NCBI RefSeq assembly: GCF_006345805.1
Contig: NC_043005.1
Coordinates: forward strand, 50,034,001-50,098,000
Length of the DNA: 64,000 nt
From: Octopus sinensis
Taxonomy: Eukaryota
Reading direction: 5' to 3'
This document shows positions 62,685 to 64,000 of the stretch, piece by piece (the first letter of the stretch is position 1; each line of letters starts with the position of its first letter). The position numbers were made by a program, and so were the translations under genes. Under the pieces are notes generated by a model that was not told the DNA's origin, searched no databases, and saw only the letters and a list, made by a program, of their open reading frames with translations.

Positions 62685-64000
62685 GTCAACAATTATTCTG
62701 TGCTAATGAAAAGAAATAACCCAGAAATCACGATACACAGATATTGTTTTGAGCTGAGTTGGAGTGCTAGGTTCCCTTGTTTGAAATATAAGGACACAGA
62801 TTGTGTTGTATAGCCAGCTGGAGACGATGTGTCCTAGGGCTAAATTACAGCAACATTAGTCCTAAACCAGGACTACCATGTTATGTTGGCAAACAATCTT
62901 TACTACATTGTCATCATTATTTTATCATTTAGTTTTCCATGCTAGCATGGATTAGATGGAATTTATTGAAGCAGATTTTCTATGACAATATGTCCTTCCT
63001 GTTTTCATTGCCAGCCCTCACCTGCTTCCAAGTCAGGTAATATTTCCCCATGGTCAGACACATTCTCACAGAAAATCAGAAATGGAGGGCACTGTTTATA
63101 TGGCAGTGGTATTTATTTACAACCACATGATGGCGTTAGGAAGGACATCCAGCTGTAGAAACACTGCCAGATCCGACTGGCCTGGTGCAGCCTTCGGGCT
63201 CCCCAGACCCCAGTTGAACCGTCCAACCCATGCTAGCATGGAAAGCGGACGTTAAATGATGATGATGATGACATGATGACAAGACAAGGAGATAGTAATT
63301 CACTCACTCACACATGCAACACACACACACACACACACACACTCACACACACACATACACACACACACATACAGAGTTAAGCCAGTCTGACAGTGAAACT
63401 TCAAAGTTACTGTCAATAATATTCTTGTTTCAGAATGGCATGACTGTAGTAAGAAGCTTGCTTCTCAACCTCATGTTTCCAGGTTCAGTCCCTATGTGTG
63501 GCACCTTGGGCAAGTGTTTTCTACTATAGCCCCGAGCTGACGAAAGCCTTATGAGTGGATTTGGTAGACGGAATCTGAAAGAAGCCCATCATATATATGT
63601 ATCAATGTGCATATGTCTCTGCATCTGCATTTGTCCCCCCACCACTGCTTGACAACTGATGTTAGTGTGTTTACATCCCTGTTACTTAGTGGTTCAGCAA
63701 AAGAGACCAATAGAATAAGTACTAGACTTACAAAGAATAAGTCCTGGGGTCGATGTCTTTGACTAAAAACCCTTTAAGACAGTGCTCCAGCATGGCTACA
63801 GTCAAATGACTGAAACAAGTAGAAGAATAAAAGAATATATATATGATGGGCTTCTTTCTGTTTCCATAGTCCAGATCCACTAACAAGACTTCATTTGGCC
63901 CTGGGCTATAGTAGAACACAATTGCTCAAGGTGTCACACAGTAGGTTTGAACATGAATCCATGTGGTTGAGAAGGAAACTTCTTTTGCAGCCAGCCACAT

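Noticed and set aside
385-63919. The great majority of ORFs in the supplied track (poly-YI, VC, HT, MYVC, poly-I/M/H/D)
   Set aside because: They are translations of di-, tri- and tetranucleotide microsatellites and SINE bodies, with no domain content.

Overview
Animal genomic DNA, repeat-dense, with a SINE/RTE/microsatellite landscape that looks like an Octopus-type cephalopod (inference). Only one host exon is supportable: a 161-bp minus-strand exon (21843-22003) encoding the middle of a RhoGAP domain of the Syd-1/RhoGAP100F/SYDE family. No neighbouring exon was found, so the rest of the window is probably two very large introns. Almost all ORFs in the supplied track are microsatellite artefacts. 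The introns hold decayed non-LTR elements (many RTE 3' ends, R4/Dong-like RLE elements at (TAA)n, an RLE-like element at (CATA)n, a CR1-group end, a Tx1/L1 end), Penelope-like (PLE) GIY-YIG fragments, Tc1/mariner elements (two mariners, maT fragments, a fold-back rosa-like element), hAT and piggyBac MITEs, four tRNA-headed SINE families and two local tandem duplications. The most interesting signal is a set of type I hammerhead-ribozyme (HHR) motifs, found by eye, in short elements that end in (TA)n microsatellites. They fall into several sequence families: long-stem-II forms with compensatory stem I, minimal dimer-type forms, U3-A8 core variants, inverted pairs and palindromes, and a PLE 3' end that also carries a tRNA-like Pol III head. 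Several lie on the same strand as the host pre-mRNA. All ribozyme calls are manual folds and are untested.
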